A DNA stretch of 64,000 bases. Origin: Haliotis rubra (taxonomy: Eukaryota). A program made the translations under genes and the position numbers. The stretch is from contig NW_025765336.1 in NCBI RefSeq assembly GCF_003918875.1, positions 186,001-250,000 on the forward strand, given 5' to 3'. Shown in pieces: positions 63,523 through 64,000 of the stretch; the stretch's first letter is position 1; each line of letters begins with the position of its first letter. A model generated the notes under the pieces. The model did not search any database and was not told where the DNA came from. It was given only the letters and a program-made list of their open reading frames with translations.

Positions 63523-63885
63523 GACCACCTCCGTGGTGTAGTGGGTAGAGCGTCCGCCCGGGAGAGTGGAAGATCGCGGGTTTGATCCCTGACCGCGTCA
63601 TACCAAAAGACGTTAAAATATGGTACTTGTTGGTCCCTGCCTGGCGCTTGGCATTAATGGGTACAACAATGACTGGTCGGCTTGGAGTCAGTATAATGTG
63701 TCTGAGTGGGGTATTCATGCTTCACTGCGGCATGGTATCTCAGTGGGCTAGCACTATAAAACTAGCTTAAGTCTGGGCTAGTACAAGCAGCCGCACATAC
63801 ACATACACACGCATGCATGTCGTCATATGAGCGAAATATTCTCAAGCACGACGATAAACTCAATTTCACCTCACCTCACCTCACC
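63523..63885 (+). mobile_element. SINE family 3, full length, in the PTDSS2 last intron
   Basis: 13-bp TSD TCAAGCACTTAGA; A/B boxes; (CACCT)n tail. Confidence 0.95.
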
Positions 63886-63954
63886 TCAAGCACTTAGAAG
63901 GCCCTCGGGGCTTTTGCCTTGCTTATTTGGGAATTGTGTTTCAAATGTACTCAC

Positions 63955-64000
63955 GGGTCATCTAAATACTGAAATGTTTCCCGCATCGCTGCAGCTCCCA
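63955..64000 (-). CDS. PTDSS2: Phosphatidylserine synthase 2, penultimate coding exon (5' part lies outside the window)
   Basis: Minus-strand translation GAAAMRETFQYLDDP followed by a CC|GTGAGT donor. Matches the PTDSS2 segment GGVAMREIYDFMDDP. The phase-2 end joins in frame to the 62818 exon. Confidence 0.9.

Overview
Eukaryotic, AT-rich, repeat-dense DNA. The SINE families look molluscan, probably abalone (from memory, not verified by a search). The only recognisable host gene is the 3' end of a minus-strand phosphatidylserine synthase 2 (PTDSS2): exons at 63955-64000 and 62509-62818. Positions 1 to about 34.9 kb are three diverged tandem copies of a ~12.2 kb unit (anchor TCGGCTACGGTAA at 1, 12272, 24442). 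The unit has no intact ORF. It carries two decayed Penelope-like retroelements (PLEs), one with an apparent N-terminal GIY-YIG domain and a hammerhead-like cassette. It also carries several 140-200 bp non-coding islands, three of which are about 98-99% identical between copies while the surrounding relics are heavily diverged. These islands are the most interesting signal: candidate duplicated enhancers or exons of a non-coding RNA. The remainder holds three SINE families, LINE 3' ends, Tc1/mariner relics, MITEs with clear target-site duplications (TSDs), an LTR remnant with unusual TA...TA ends, minisatellites, local direct and inverted duplications, a 146-N gap and two stretches that look like poor-quality assembly. 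Most entries in the ORF track are spurious. All alignments and translations were done by eye.
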